Notes: generated by a model not told the origin, from the sequence alone. 64,000 nucleotides of DNA from Alphaproteobacteria bacterium (GCA_021296265.1 JAGWAT010000014.1:1829-65828); one strand, 5' to 3'. Positions 39,530 to 48,895 are shown, numbered from the stretch's first letter. A program made the numbers and translations.

Positions 39530-40636
39530 ATGTCGCAGCAGCTACGTTCCTTCCTGGCAGCGGTGGGTCTCATCGCCGCGCTGGCTGCTGCGGGATACGT
39601 TGCCGTCATCGTGGGGGCGGCGACCGTGGTCGGCGACTCGGAAACCGGCATTGAGGAGAGCGCCAAGTCCGATGGATGGCGCGGCGTGCGGAGCGGCACT
39701 GCCGGCCGTGTCTCAATTCCCGATCCGCAGGCAGGCATTCTGATCCAGTCCGAGGGAGAGATCTGGCGTTCGATTCGAAACGGACCGGTGACAGCAGCAG
39801 GTGCATGGAGCATGTTCGTCATGCTGATCCTGCTGGCCGTCTTCTACGCATGGCGGGGACGCATTCTGCTGGCAGGTAAGCCGACCCGCCGGGAAGTGGT
39901 TCGCTTCAATGGAATTGAACGCTTTGCCCACTGGATGACGGCCGCCAGTTTCATCGTGCTTGCCCTGTCCGGACTAAACCTTCTGTACGGGCGATATCTC
40001 TTTATTCCAATTGTCGGCAAGGAGGCGTTTGCGGTCGTCACCGAAGGCGGCAAGTTCCTGCACAACTTTGTGGCCTTTCCATTCATGGCAGGACTGGTCC
40101 TTATGTTCGTGCTTTGGGTACGCCACAACGTTCCTTCGCGGGTTGACCTGCAGTGGCTCCGGCTGGGAGGCGGTTTGCTCTCCGACCGCCATCACCCGGC
40201 GGCGGAACGCTTCAATGCGGGCCAGAAGGCGATCTTCTGGATCGTCATACTTGGGGGGGTGTCCGTCAGTCTTTCCGGAGTGGCGTTGCTCTTGCCGTTC
40301 GCGTTTCCGATCTTTGGAAAGACCTTCGTTTTCCTCAACCTGTTTGGCTTCGGCCTCCCGGACATGTTGACACCGATGCAGGAGATGCAGCTCGCCCAGG
40401 TGTGGCATTCCGTGGTGTCGTTGGGGCTGATCGTCGTGATGTTTGCGCACATCTACATCGGAACGATTGGTATGGAAGGCGCGTTCCAGGCGATGGGGAG
40501 TGGCAAGGTTGACACTGCGTGGGCAGAACAACATCACAGTCTCTGGGCAGCAAGCGCTGAAGAATCGGTGGCGGAAGACGACTCCGTGGCGGAAGACGAC
40601 TCCGTACCGGCAGCAGCTCGCGAAGGTCAGGGCTAG
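39530..40636 (+). CDS. formate dehydrogenase gamma subunit (cytochrome b family) with N-terminal extension
   Basis: 368 aa. N-terminal transmembrane helix plus about 100-aa periplasmic segment. Then a four-helix b-type cytochrome core with conserved His (RFAHWM, HNFVAFP, WHSV, AHIYIG). Acidic C-terminal tail contains an 18-bp tandem duplication. Confidence 0.8.
   Translation: MSQQLRSFLAAVGLIAALAAAGYVAVIVGAATVVGDSETGIEESAKSDGWRGVRSGTAGRVSIPDPQAGILIQSEGEIWRSIRNGPVTAAGAWSMFVMLILLAVFYAWRGRILLAGKPTRREVVRFNGIERFAHWMTAASFIVLALSGLNLLYGRYLFIPIVGKEAFAVVTEGGKFLHNFVAFPFMAGLVLMFVLWVRHNVPSRVDLQWLRLGGGLLSDRHHPAAERFNAGQKAIFWIVILGGVSVSLSGVALLLPFAFPIFGKTFVFLNLFGFGLPDMLTPMQEMQLAQVWHSVVSLGLIVVMFAHIYIGTIGMEGAFQAMGSGKVDTAWAEQHHSLWAASAEESVAEDDSVAEDDSVPAAAREGQG
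40568..40603 (+). repeat. perfect 18-bp x2 tandem duplication inside the FDH gamma 3' end
   Basis: GTGGCGGAAGACGACTCC occurs twice back to back (40568-40585, 40586-40603). It encodes VAEDDS-VAEDDS. Confidence 0.9.
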
Positions 40637-40847
40637 CCGCCGGAGAACCCGCCGGACTTCCTCGCTGAAGTCTTGCTGCGTGCCAGCAGGGGGCTATCCG
40701 GTTTCCTTGATCAGCGTTCGATGCACTCCCCGATGCGCGGTGGCCAGCCCGCCTGACGAAATGCATGATGAAGGACGGCGAAGGACACCACGTGGCTAAA
40801 CAGGTCCGGGTGCAACGCCTGCCCGGTCCACTGTTTGGAGCGCTGTC

Positions 40848-41780
40848 TTGAAATTCCAGAACTTATCGGGTGTGTCGCACTTGCTGCGACGCCGTGAGCA
40901 AACCGATGCGGCCGTTCCTTCCCGCCCCCCCCAGGGGAGCGCTGGAACAGCAGCTGGCCGGGATAACCCAGCCGCTGGGATACGCGACAAGATTCGCCGG
41001 TTGGTTGACGCACCCGCGTTTCGCGCGACGGCGATGACTGTAATCGTACTCAATGCCATTGCGCTCGGGCTGGAGACGTCTCCGACGGTGAAGGCTGTGA
41101 TCGGATCCCAACTGCACGTCTTCGATCAGATCGTGATTGCGATTTTTTGCGTCGAGATCGGTCTCCGAATCGTCGCGAGGGGACTGCGGTTCTTTCGCGA
41201 CCCATGGGGAATATTCGACTTCATCGTCGTCGCGGTCACCCTCGCTCCGGCCAGTGACTCGCTATTGATTCTTCGTGCGTTACGCGTGCTGCGTGTATTG
41301 CGCGTGGTATCGGCGATTCCCCGATTGCGCCGGGTGGTCGGGGCGCTGCTGCACGCGGTCCCCGGAGTCGCCGCTATTGCTGTGCTGTTGCTGCTGATCT
41401 TCTATGTCTACGCCGTGATTACGACCAACTTGTTCGGCACGGCCTACCCGGTCTGGTTTGGAACCATCGGGGAATCGATGTTTTCCCTGTTCCAGATAAT
41501 GACGTTGGAAAGCTGGTCCATGGGAATCGTCCGTCCGATTCTTCAGCAGTTTCCGTGGGCATGGACCGTCTTCGTATCCTTTATCATCGTTTCCAGTTTT
41601 ACGGTGCTCAATCTCTTCATTGCAATTGTGATCGATTCAATGCAGACGATTCACTCGAGCGAACAGGATGCTTCCGCATCCAGACCGGTTCGGAATCCGG
41701 CGGATCCCGAACCGGTGCTACAGGAGCTCCGGGCATTGCGCAAGGAATTTGCCGAATTTCGTGCACGGCACCAAGGCTAG
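40848..41780 (+). CDS. voltage-gated sodium channel, NaChBac/BacNaV family
   Basis: 310-aa ORF (TTG start in track; true start uncertain). Six-helix ion_trans architecture. S4 voltage sensor LRALRVLRVLRVVSAIPRLRR with Arg every third residue (about 41271-41330). Pore signature FQIMTLESWSMGIVRP, with TLESWSM at 41502-41522. C-terminal helical tail. Confidence 0.85.
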   Translation: MKFQNLSGVSHLLRRREQTDAAVPSRPPQGSAGTAAGRDNPAAGIRDKIRRLVDAPAFRATAMTVIVLNAIALGLETSPTVKAVIGSQLHVFDQIVIAIFCVEIGLRIVARGLRFFRDPWGIFDFIVVAVTLAPASDSLLILRALRVLRVLRVVSAIPRLRRVVGALLHAVPGVAAIAVLLLLIFYVYAVITTNLFGTAYPVWFGTIGESMFSLFQIMTLESWSMGIVRPILQQFPWAWTVFVSFIIVSSFTVLNLFIAIVIDSMQTIHSSEQDASASRPVRNPADPEPVLQELRALRKEFAEFRARHQG

Positions 41781-41864
41781 CCGGTATGCCCGGGGCACAG
41801 ATCAGGCAGCTTGGTGCGGTTCGGCCTGTCCTGACTTGCGTTGTAGCCCCGCCCCGGCCGTGGC

Positions 41865-41990
41865 CTACAAGCGTACGTGCGTACCAACCCGTGCGTCCTG
41901 GCCGTAGCAGTCTGCCCAGCTGGGCAGCGTAATCGCTGTGAGCAAGGCAATACCGCCCGTGGCCAGTAACGCTGCCAGAAATGCCTTCAT
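41865..41990 (-). CDS. possible 41-aa signal-peptide/transmembrane micro-ORF (not in ORF track)
   Basis: ATG at 41990 preceded by GGGAGA. Reads MKAFLAALLATGGIALLTAITLPSWA-DCYGQDARVGTHVRL, stop at 41865-41867. Looks like a signal peptide or single transmembrane helix. Convergent with the channel gene. Support is sequence logic only. Confidence 0.25.
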   Translation of the reverse strand: MKAFLAALLATGGIALLTAITLPSWADCYGQDARVGTHVRL

Positions 41991-42082
41991 GGGTGGTCTC
42001 CCGCCAAACATGGCCATACGAGCTAGATGTATCTTGCACAGGTAGGGCGGATTCCGCCACCATGGTCCTAAGGAGATCGTCG

Positions 42083-42286
42083 ATGGACGAAGAGATTCTC
42101 AACCGCAGCCTCCGCCGTTTCCTGAAGACGTTGGGTGTCAATGCGCAGCGTGAAATCGAAACAGCCGTACGTTCGGCTGCAGCTGACAAGAGGCTGCCCG
42201 ACAAGCCACTACAGGCGACGGCCGAGATACAGATCCGGGAGATCGATTTTCATTTCAAACTCAACACTGATATTCAATCCTCGTAA
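42083..42286 (+). CDS. small conserved-looking hypothetical protein (67 aa)
   Basis: Internal ATG of track ORF 41981..42286, preceded by AAGGAG. MDEEILNRSLRRFLKTLGVNAQREIETAVR... is amphipathic and helical. I recall similar small alphaproteobacterial proteins but cannot name the family with certainty. Ends 5 nt before fdhD. Confidence 0.5.
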   Translation: MDEEILNRSLRRFLKTLGVNAQREIETAVRSAAADKRLPDKPLQATAEIQIREIDFHFKLNTDIQSS

Positions 42287-42291
42287 ATGAC

Positions 42292-43215
42292 ATGAATGAA
42301 CGGCGCGCAGCTGCCGGTTTACCGGACTGTGGTGATGAACTCTCGTCAGGAGAGTTTCTGATCGCGCCCAGTCCCGACGATCCGGATCTCACCCGCCAGG
42401 TCTCGGGAATTGACCATGAAGGTCGGCGGACAACTGCCTACGTCGTTGCAGAGCGGCCATTGACGATCTTCCTGAACGATCAGGAAGTCGTGACAGCCAT
42501 GACCGTGGGCGATCATCCGAAGCTGCTTGCAGTGGGATACCTCGTCAACCAGGCGATGCTTCAAGGTGACGATACGCTCAGCTCAGTGGAATACGACGAA
42601 GAGAGCGAAGTCGTGGTGGTCAGGACGGAGCGTGCAACCGACTACGAAGAAATGATGCGCCATCGTATCCGCACTTCCGGATGTGCGGTGGGCACGGTCT
42701 TTGGACAGGTGATGGAAAATTTCGAGGACGTCACGCTGGCCCCGGATGTTCGGATCCGGACGTCTACCCTCTATACCCTCAGCCGCAAGATCACCCTGCA
42801 GCCCTCGCTCTATCTTAAGTCCGGCGCGATTCACGGATGCGCCCTCTGCGAGGGGGAACGGGTACTCCTGTACGTCGAAGACGTGGGTCGGCACAATGCG
42901 GCGGACAAGATTGCCGGCTGGCTATGGCTCAATCGTGTCGACGCGTCGCGAATGCTTCTCTACACCACCGGCCGCCTGACCAGCGAGATGGTGATCAAGA
43001 CGGTGCAAATGAGAATCCCGGCCCTGGTGTCACGGTCCGGATTTACGGCGCAGGGAGTGGAACTCGCGGAGCAGGCCAACTTGACGCTGGTCGGTCGGGT
43101 ACGCGGCCGGCGCTTCCTGGCACTTGCGGGAACGCAGCGCCTTATCCTAGATGTCGATCCGTCGGAGGTTCCTGACGATCCGCCAGCCAGTATTCGAAAG
43201 GGCGCGGCACCGTAA
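42292..43215 (+). CDS. fdhD: formate dehydrogenase accessory sulfurtransferase FdhD
   Basis: 307 aa. TSGCAVG, ...SGAIHGCAL, GRHNAADK, LLYTTGRLTSEMVIK, VSRSGFT segments typical of FdhD. Confidence 0.88.
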   Translation: MNERRAAAGLPDCGDELSSGEFLIAPSPDDPDLTRQVSGIDHEGRRTTAYVVAERPLTIFLNDQEVVTAMTVGDHPKLLAVGYLVNQAMLQGDDTLSSVEYDEESEVVVVRTERATDYEEMMRHRIRTSGCAVGTVFGQVMENFEDVTLAPDVRIRTSTLYTLSRKITLQPSLYLKSGAIHGCALCEGERVLLYVEDVGRHNAADKIAGWLWLNRVDASRMLLYTTGRLTSEMVIKTVQMRIPALVSRSGFTAQGVELAEQANLTLVGRVRGRRFLALAGTQRLILDVDPSEVPDDPPASIRKGAAP

Positions 43216-43217
43216 TT

Positions 43218-43853
43218 ATGTCAGGCGGGATCCGGGTCGGCGCGCTGCTCGCCGGCGGTCGCGGCACGCGCCTGCGACGGGGGGACAAAGGGCTGGTCGA
43301 AGTGGCTGGCCGGCCCATGATCGCACACGTCCATTTTCGCTTGGCATCTCAGGCCGATCAAATCCTGATCAATGCCAACGGCGACCCGGCGCGATTCAAA
43401 TTCCTCGGCGCGCCGGTCATTCCTGACAGCTTTGTTGATGCCGGAGGCGCCGGTCCACTTGCCGGCATTCACGCGGTACTCGCGTGGGCAAGACACGAAG
43501 CCGGCCCATCCGCATTGGTCGTAACGGTTCCAGTCGACGCGCCGTTCTTGCCAATGAATCTCGTTTCCAGGCTTGAGGAGTCACGCCAGTCGACGGAAGC
43601 GGATATCTCGGTGGCAAGTTCCGGCGGACGCCGACACCCGGTCATCGCATGCTGGCCCGTCAGGCTTCTTGCCGAACTCCGGACAGCCTTGGATGACGGT
43701 GTCCGCAAGATCGACGCCTTCACCTCTGCGTACCGCGTATCCGTCGTCGACTGGCAGATAGGCGCTGTTGATCCGTTCTTTAATGTCAACACTGCGGAAG
43801 ATCTCGCTCGGGCGGACGGTCTCGCGGTCGATCCGCTGCTTCACATGGATTGA
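43218..43853 (+). CDS. mobA: molybdenum cofactor guanylyltransferase MobA
   Basis: 211 aa. LLAGGRGTRL nucleotide-binding start, GPLAGI, PVDAPFLP. Confidence 0.88.
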   Translation: MSGGIRVGALLAGGRGTRLRRGDKGLVEVAGRPMIAHVHFRLASQADQILINANGDPARFKFLGAPVIPDSFVDAGGAGPLAGIHAVLAWARHEAGPSALVVTVPVDAPFLPMNLVSRLEESRQSTEADISVASSGGRRHPVIACWPVRLLAELRTALDDGVRKIDAFTSAYRVSVVDWQIGAVDPFFNVNTAEDLARADGLAVDPLLHMD

Positions 43854-44221
43854 GAGCCAGTCAGGCGCTGGCATGCCGATCCCCAGGCTCTTCGATATTT
43901 CCGCGGGCAGGCCGCTGCATGTGAGTTCCCGACACGGACCGAACCGATGTGCAGTGGAGTTGCGGACAGTCCAGCGATGCAAAGCTGGCGCGCAGGGACT
44001 TCAAGGAGAGATGGGCAGGGACGATTCCCGGGCCAGTTCGAACAAGGTGTCAGCTCGGAGTCGGACGGAGGTCACCGAAACGTCCCTGAACTGACCGCCG
44101 TCGGCACGATCGACCGCCGTGCGCGACGTCCCCACTTGCATCGTCAATTCGTCGGTGAAATCAGGTTCTCCACCTATACTGCCGACCATTCTGCTGTCGA
44201 TGGCTCCGGGGGAACGCGCAC

Positions 44222-45415
44222 GTGTCGAATCTCGCACTTGTGGAGGGAATGAACCGGCTCGGGACCGAGAGCGCGTTTGTTGTGCTTGCCCGTGCTGGCG
44301 AACTTGAGCGTCAGGGCCATGACGTGATCAACCTGGGCATAGGGCAGCCTGATTTCCGCACCCCTGGCCACATCGTCGAGGCTGCAGTGAGAGCCTTGCG
44401 AGATGGCCATCACGGCTACACACCTGCCAACGGGATTCTCCCGCTCCGGGAGGCAGTTGCCGCCGATATCTCTACACGTCGCGGTGTTGAGGTGAACCCT
44501 GACAATGTGGTGGTGGTTCCGGGCGGCAAGGTCACCATGTGGCACGCAATTCTCATGTTTGGTGCACCCGGGCAGGAAATCATGTATCCCAATCCGGGCT
44601 TTCCCATCTACGAATCGGCAATTCGATTTACCGGCGCCACACCCGTACCGATTGCGCTTGCCGAGGCCGACGGATTCACGTTCGATCCGGACGAGGTTCT
44701 CGCGCAGGTAACAGAAAAGACGCGCCTGATCATCATCAATAGTCCGGCAAATCCCACCGGAGGGGTGATTCCGGTTTCGGTGCTAGACCGGCTCGCAGAA
44801 GGCCTTGCCGATTTTCCGCACGTGGCCATTTTGTCGGACGAGATCTATTCAAGAATCGTGTACGCAGGGTCTGAATTCGGATCGATGCTGCGTTACTCGC
44901 ATCTGCGTGACCGCCTCATCATGCTTGACGGATGGTCCAAGACCTACGCCATGACGGGTTGGCGGATCGGTTACGCGGTCTGGCCGGAATCGCTGGTAGA
45001 ACACGCGGCGCGGCTGAACATCAATTCGATTAGCTGTACGAATGCCGCGACCCAGCATGCGGCTATTGCTGCGCTCGAAGGTCCCCAGGATGACGTTGAT
45101 ACGATGGTCAAAGCGTTCGCCGAACGTCGGGAAGCATTGATGGAAGAAATTGCGACCCTGCCGGGCTTCCGGATGAGCCGCCCTGAAGGTGCCTTCTACG
45201 CGATGCCCAACGTCGAAGGTACTGGCGTCCCGGCCCTGGAACTGCAGAACCGTCTGCTCGAGGAACTGCACATCGCGACCGTCGCCGGCACGAGCTTCGG
45301 GGCGTTGGGCGAGGGATATGTCCGCCTGAGCTATGCGGCGGGTATCAATGAGATTCGCACGGCAATGGGACGGATACGGAACTTGGCCAAAGCCGAGGGC
45401 TGGGGTTTGCACTAG
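44222..45415 (+). CDS. pyridoxal phosphate-dependent aminotransferase (class I, aspartate aminotransferase-like)
   Basis: 397 aa, GTG start. [42 protein letters not shown] (PLP lysine), RLSYA. Confidence 0.85.
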   Translation: MSNLALVEGMNRLGTESAFVVLARAGELERQGHDVINLGIGQPDFRTPGHIVEAAVRALRDGHHGYTPANGILPLREAVAADISTRRGVEVNPDNVVVVPGGKVTMWHAILMFGAPGQEIMYPNPGFPIYESAIRFTGATPVPIALAEADGFTFDPDEVLAQVTEKTRLIIINSPANPTGGVIPVSVLDRLAEGLADFPHVAILSDEIYSRIVYAGSEFGSMLRYSHLRDRLIMLDGWSKTYAMTGWRIGYAVWPESLVEHAARLNINSISCTNAATQHAAIAALEGPQDDVDTMVKAFAERREALMEEIATLPGFRMSRPEGAFYAMPNVEGTGVPALELQNRLLEELHIATVAGTSFGALGEGYVRLSYAAGINEIRTAMGRIRNLAKAEGWGLH

Positions 45416-47526
45416 TGAATCAGGCAGTCGACTTGATGCCCGAGCACGTCGCGAAGATTACTAGGCAATTCCAGCTGGTAGCAGATGTCGACCCGGCAGG
45501 GGACCAGCCGAAGGCAATCTCCGAACTTGTCCATGGCCTGGAGCAGGGTCAACGTGAACAGGTGCTCCTGGGAGTCACCGGTTCAGGCAAGACATTCACG
45601 ATGGCGCACGTGATTCAGCGTCTGCAACGCACGTCGTTGATTCTCGCCCATAACAAGACGCTCGCGGCGCAACTCTATGGCGAGATGAAATCGTTGTTTC
45701 CAAAGAACGCCGTAGAGTATTTCGTTTCATATTACGACTATTACCAGCCTGAAGCCTACGTTCCCCGGACCGACACTTACATTGAGAAGGACGCCTCGAT
45801 AAACGAGCACATTGATCGCATGCGTCATGCAGCGACCCGCGCCCTTTTTGAACAAAGTCACGTGATCATCGTGGCCAGCGTCTCCTGCATCTACGGAATC
45901 GGGCCGCTCGAAACCTATACCCGAATGATCATCGAACTAAAGATGGGCGGCAGGATCGAACGGAACACGCTCCTCTCTCGCCTCGTCGAGCTGCATTACC
46001 GCCGGAACGACATAAATCTAGTCCGCGGGACCTTCCGGGCCCGGGGGGACACCGTCGAGGTCTTTCCGGCCCATCTCGAGGATCGCGCGTGGCGGATTGA
46101 TCTCTTTGGCGACACGGTGGACCGGCTTTCCGAGTTCGACCCGCTGACTGGAGAGCGCACCGCCACTATGGACGAAGTCCGGATCTACGCGAATAGTCAT
46201 TACGTCACGCCAAAGCCGACACTGACGCAGGCGATTGAACGGATTCGAGTCGAACTTGCGGAGCGACTCGGCGAACTCGAGGCATCGGGAAAATTGCTGG
46301 AACGACAACGTCTCGAAGAACGGACGAATTTCGATCTGGAAATGATGAACGCAACAGGAAGCTGTGCGGGCATCGAGAATTACTCCCGGTATCTCACCGG
46401 ACGCCAGCCGGGAGAACCGCCTCCGACATTGTTCGAGTACCTGCCGGAGAACTCACTCTTGTTCGTCGACGAGAGTCACGCCACCGTCCCTCAGGTGCGC
46501 GGGATGTTTCGAGGGGATTTCAATCGCAAGACGACGCTGGCCAAGCACGGTTTCCGGCTCCCTTCGTGTGTCGACAATCGCCCCCTGAAGTTTGAGGAAT
46601 GGGACGCCATGCGACCCGCCACGGTGCTGGTGTCGGCAACGCCCGGACCGTGGGAACTCGAACACACGGGTGGAAAGGCAATCGAACAGGTCATCCGACC
46701 AACGGGCCTGGTGGATCCTGAATGTGAAGTTCGACCTGCAGGCAATCAGGTGGATGACCTGTTGGGAGAAGCGCGGGCTGTTGCCGAAGGAGGCGGCAGA
46801 GTACTCGTGACAACACTAACGAAGCGGATGGCCGAGAATCTGACCGAGTACCTCGAGGAAGCGGGGCTCCGTGTTCGTTACCTGCACTCCGATGTCGACA
46901 CTCTGGAACGAATTGAGATCATCCGCGACCTACGGCGCGGCGTGTTCGACATTCTGGTGGGTATTAACCTCCTGCGGGAAGGCCTGGATATTCCCGAATG
47001 CGCGTTGGTCGCCATTCTGGATGCTGACAAAGAGGGGTTTCTGCGCTCTCGAACGTCGCTCATTCAGACGATCGGCCGGGCGGCACGGAATGTGGATGGA
47101 CGTGTCATCTTGTACGCCGATCAGGAGACCGCATCGCTCAGGGGAGCTTTGGAGGAAACCCGCCGCCGCCGGGAACTCCAGTTGAAGTGGAATGACACTC
47201 ATGGAATTCAGGCCAAAACGGTGCGCAAGGAGATTGCCGACGTACTAGGGAGCATTCATGAACAGGATCGCGTGACGGTTGAGATTGATCCCGAAATTCC
47301 GCATCGTATCGGACACAATCGGGAAGCCTATGAAGCTGAGCTAGAGGAGCGCATGCACAGCCATGCCGCCGCACTTGAGTTCGAAGAGGCTGCGCAGGTG
47401 CGTGACGAACTGAAAGCGCTTCGCGATAACGATCTCGGAATCCCTTCGAAACCGGTGCCGGAATCGACGCCGCGGCGTCGGCGAACTGTGAGGAATTCGG
47501 GCCGCGCCCGTTCAAGGCATCGCTGA
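45415..47526 (+). CDS. uvrB: excinuclease ABC subunit B
   Basis: 703 aa. [12 protein letters not shown] Walker [11 protein letters not shown], beta-hairpin region, DESH, helicase motifs, C-terminal UVR domain ([19 protein letters not shown]). Confidence 0.95.
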   Translation: MNQAVDLMPEHVAKITRQFQLVADVDPAGDQPKAISELVHGLEQGQREQVLLGVTGSGKTFTMAHVIQRLQRTSLILAHNKTLAAQLYGEMKSLFPKNAVEYFVSYYDYYQPEAYVPRTDTYIEKDASINEHIDRMRHAATRALFEQSHVIIVASVSCIYGIGPLETYTRMIIELKMGGRIERNTLLSRLVELHYRRNDINLVRGTFRARGDTVEVFPAHLEDRAWRIDLFGDTVDRLSEFDPLTGERTATMDEVRIYANSHYVTPKPTLTQAIERIRVELAERLGELEASGKLLERQRLEERTNFDLEMMNATGSCAGIENYSRYLTGRQPGEPPPTLFEYLPENSLLFVDESHATVPQVRGMFRGDFNRKTTLAKHGFRLPSCVDNRPLKFEEWDAMRPATVLVSATPGPWELEHTGGKAIEQVIRPTGLVDPECEVRPAGNQVDDLLGEARAVAEGGGRVLVTTLTKRMAENLTEYLEEAGLRVRYLHSDVDTLERIEIIRDLRRGVFDILVGINLLREGLDIPECALVAILDADKEGFLRSRTSLIQTIGRAARNVDGRVILYADQETASLRGALEETRRRRELQLKWNDTHGIQAKTVRKEIADVLGSIHEQDRVTVEIDPEIPHRIGHNREAYEAELEERMHSHAAALEFEEAAQVRDELKALRDNDLGIPSKPVPESTPRRRRTVRNSGRARSRHR

Positions 47527-47551
47527 GGTGGGGGACAACTCAGGAAAAGGA

Positions 47552-48301
47552 ATGGCGCTTGTCACAGGAGGCGCTCGTCGCATCGGTGCCGCGCTGGTAC
47601 GGTCGCTTGCCAGCCTTGGGCATCCTGTCGCCGTACACTACATGCAGTCCAGAGACGCGGCCTCGAGACTTGCGAATGAAATCGAGGGCGCAGGCGGTAC
47701 GGCTGGAACGTTCGCAGCAGATCTGCGATCAGAGAGCGCTGCCCGGCAGCTGTTGCGGGCGGCGACAGAACAGCTTGGCCCCTGTACGATCCTGGTCAAT
47801 AACGCTTCGTATTTCGCGCACGATACGCTGCGTACCGGAACACGGGCGTCTTGGGACGACCACCTTGAACTAAATCTCCGGGCTCCGCTGGTGCTTAGTC
47901 GCACCTTCGCCGAGCTGCTTCCCTCATCAATGCCCGGCCTGATCGTAAACCTGCTTGACCCTAGAGTTTGGACCGTGACCCCGCATTACCTGTCGTACAG
48001 CGTGAGTCGGGCAGGACTGTGGGCTGCCACCCGCATTCTCGCGCTGGAGCTGGCCCCACAGGTCCGAGTCAATGCGATTGGTCCTGGACCAACGCTATCT
48101 AGCCAGTCCGAGGGAGAGGCCGGTTTCCATGCCACGCGAGGTCGCCTTCCGTTGTCACCTGGTCCGTCTCCTGACGACATCTCTGAAGCACTCGTCTACT
48201 TGGTACATGCCAAATCGGTCACGGGGCAGATGATCGCGCCTGACGGTGGTCAGCACCTTGGCTGGCTGCACCCCGCTCCGGACGAACCTATTCGTGGTTG
48301 A
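47552..48301 (+). CDS. SDR family oxidoreductase (pteridine-reductase-like by context)
   Basis: Track ORF 47528 (GTG). ATG 47552 gives MALVTGGARRIGAAL (TGxxxxIG), NNAS, and YxxxK-equivalent YSVSRAG. Overlaps folB by 8 nt. Confidence 0.75.
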   Translation: MALVTGGARRIGAALVRSLASLGHPVAVHYMQSRDAASRLANEIEGAGGTAGTFAADLRSESAARQLLRAATEQLGPCTILVNNASYFAHDTLRTGTRASWDDHLELNLRAPLVLSRTFAELLPSSMPGLIVNLLDPRVWTVTPHYLSYSVSRAGLWAATRILALELAPQVRVNAIGPGPTLSSQSEGEAGFHATRGRLPLSPGPSPDDISEALVYLVHAKSVTGQMIAPDGGQHLGWLHPAPDEPIRG

Positions 48302-48647
48302 ATCCCGCACGCTCCTCGTCAAGGGCCTTGAACTGGAGTGCCTCATTGGCGTTCATCAGCACGAGCGCAGCAGCGTGCAGCGCGTCCTTGTCGATGTCGA
48401 ACTTGAGGTGAAACCCATTCAGCACGGCGATGATCTCAATTGTGTCGTGAGTTATGAGGATGTGGTGGCAGTCGTTCATCGGCTGGCTGATGACGGCCAT
48501 ATCCAGCTGGTGGAAACCCTGGCCGAACGCGTGGCTGCTTGTTGCTTGAACTTCGACGGCGCGGTCAGCGTCAGCGTCACGATCCTCAAACCTGACGTAC
48601 TTCCTGGCGCGGCAGCCTTGGGTGTACGGGTGCAGCAGACCCGCTGA
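48294..48647 (+). CDS. folB: dihydroneopterin aldolase
   Basis: Track ORF 48246..48647; GTG 48294 overlaps the SDR stop. LLVKGLELECLIGVHQHERSSVQRVLVDVEL...VSYEDV...LVETLAERVA is the FolB fold pattern. About 117 aa. Confidence 0.8.
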   Translation: MVESRTLLVKGLELECLIGVHQHERSSVQRVLVDVELEVKPIQHGDDLNCVVSYEDVVAVVHRLADDGHIQLVETLAERVAACCLNFDGAVSVSVTILKPDVLPGAAALGVRVQQTR

Positions 48648-48895
48648 GTGCATGCCAATACAGGGCTGTATCTGCTACCAACCTGTAGTTGCAGGAGTTT
48701 TATTCACAAGAGGCGTATTCGGTGACAAGAGCACCAATTGGCGGCCGGTCATGAAGGGGATGAATCCCGCTCTTCGACCAGGAATGGAATAAATCCCGTA
48801 AAATCAATAGATTAACATCCTGCGGTCAGAATCAGCTCAGATCCTTTCCAACCCGTTTCCCCATTAGACACAAGAAATTGAGCGGACCGCGGCAA

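Noticed and set aside
41617-42204. 195-aa minus ORF spanning the channel 3' end, the spacer and the small ORF before fdhD
   Set aside because: It overlaps two better-supported + strand genes. The composition is off-frame-like, and it is in a different frame from the 41-codon candidate reported separately.
44001-44237. 78-aa minus ORF as a PilZ-domain c-di-GMP receptor, possibly read through an in-frame TGA (selenocysteine or read-through)
   Set aside because: The RxxxR motif is absent and the D/NxSxxG-like stretch is only approximate. There is no Shine-Dalgarno, no SECIS-like context and no Sec use in the adjacent FDH. GC3 is about 65%. It is kept only as a possible gene remnant in the findings.
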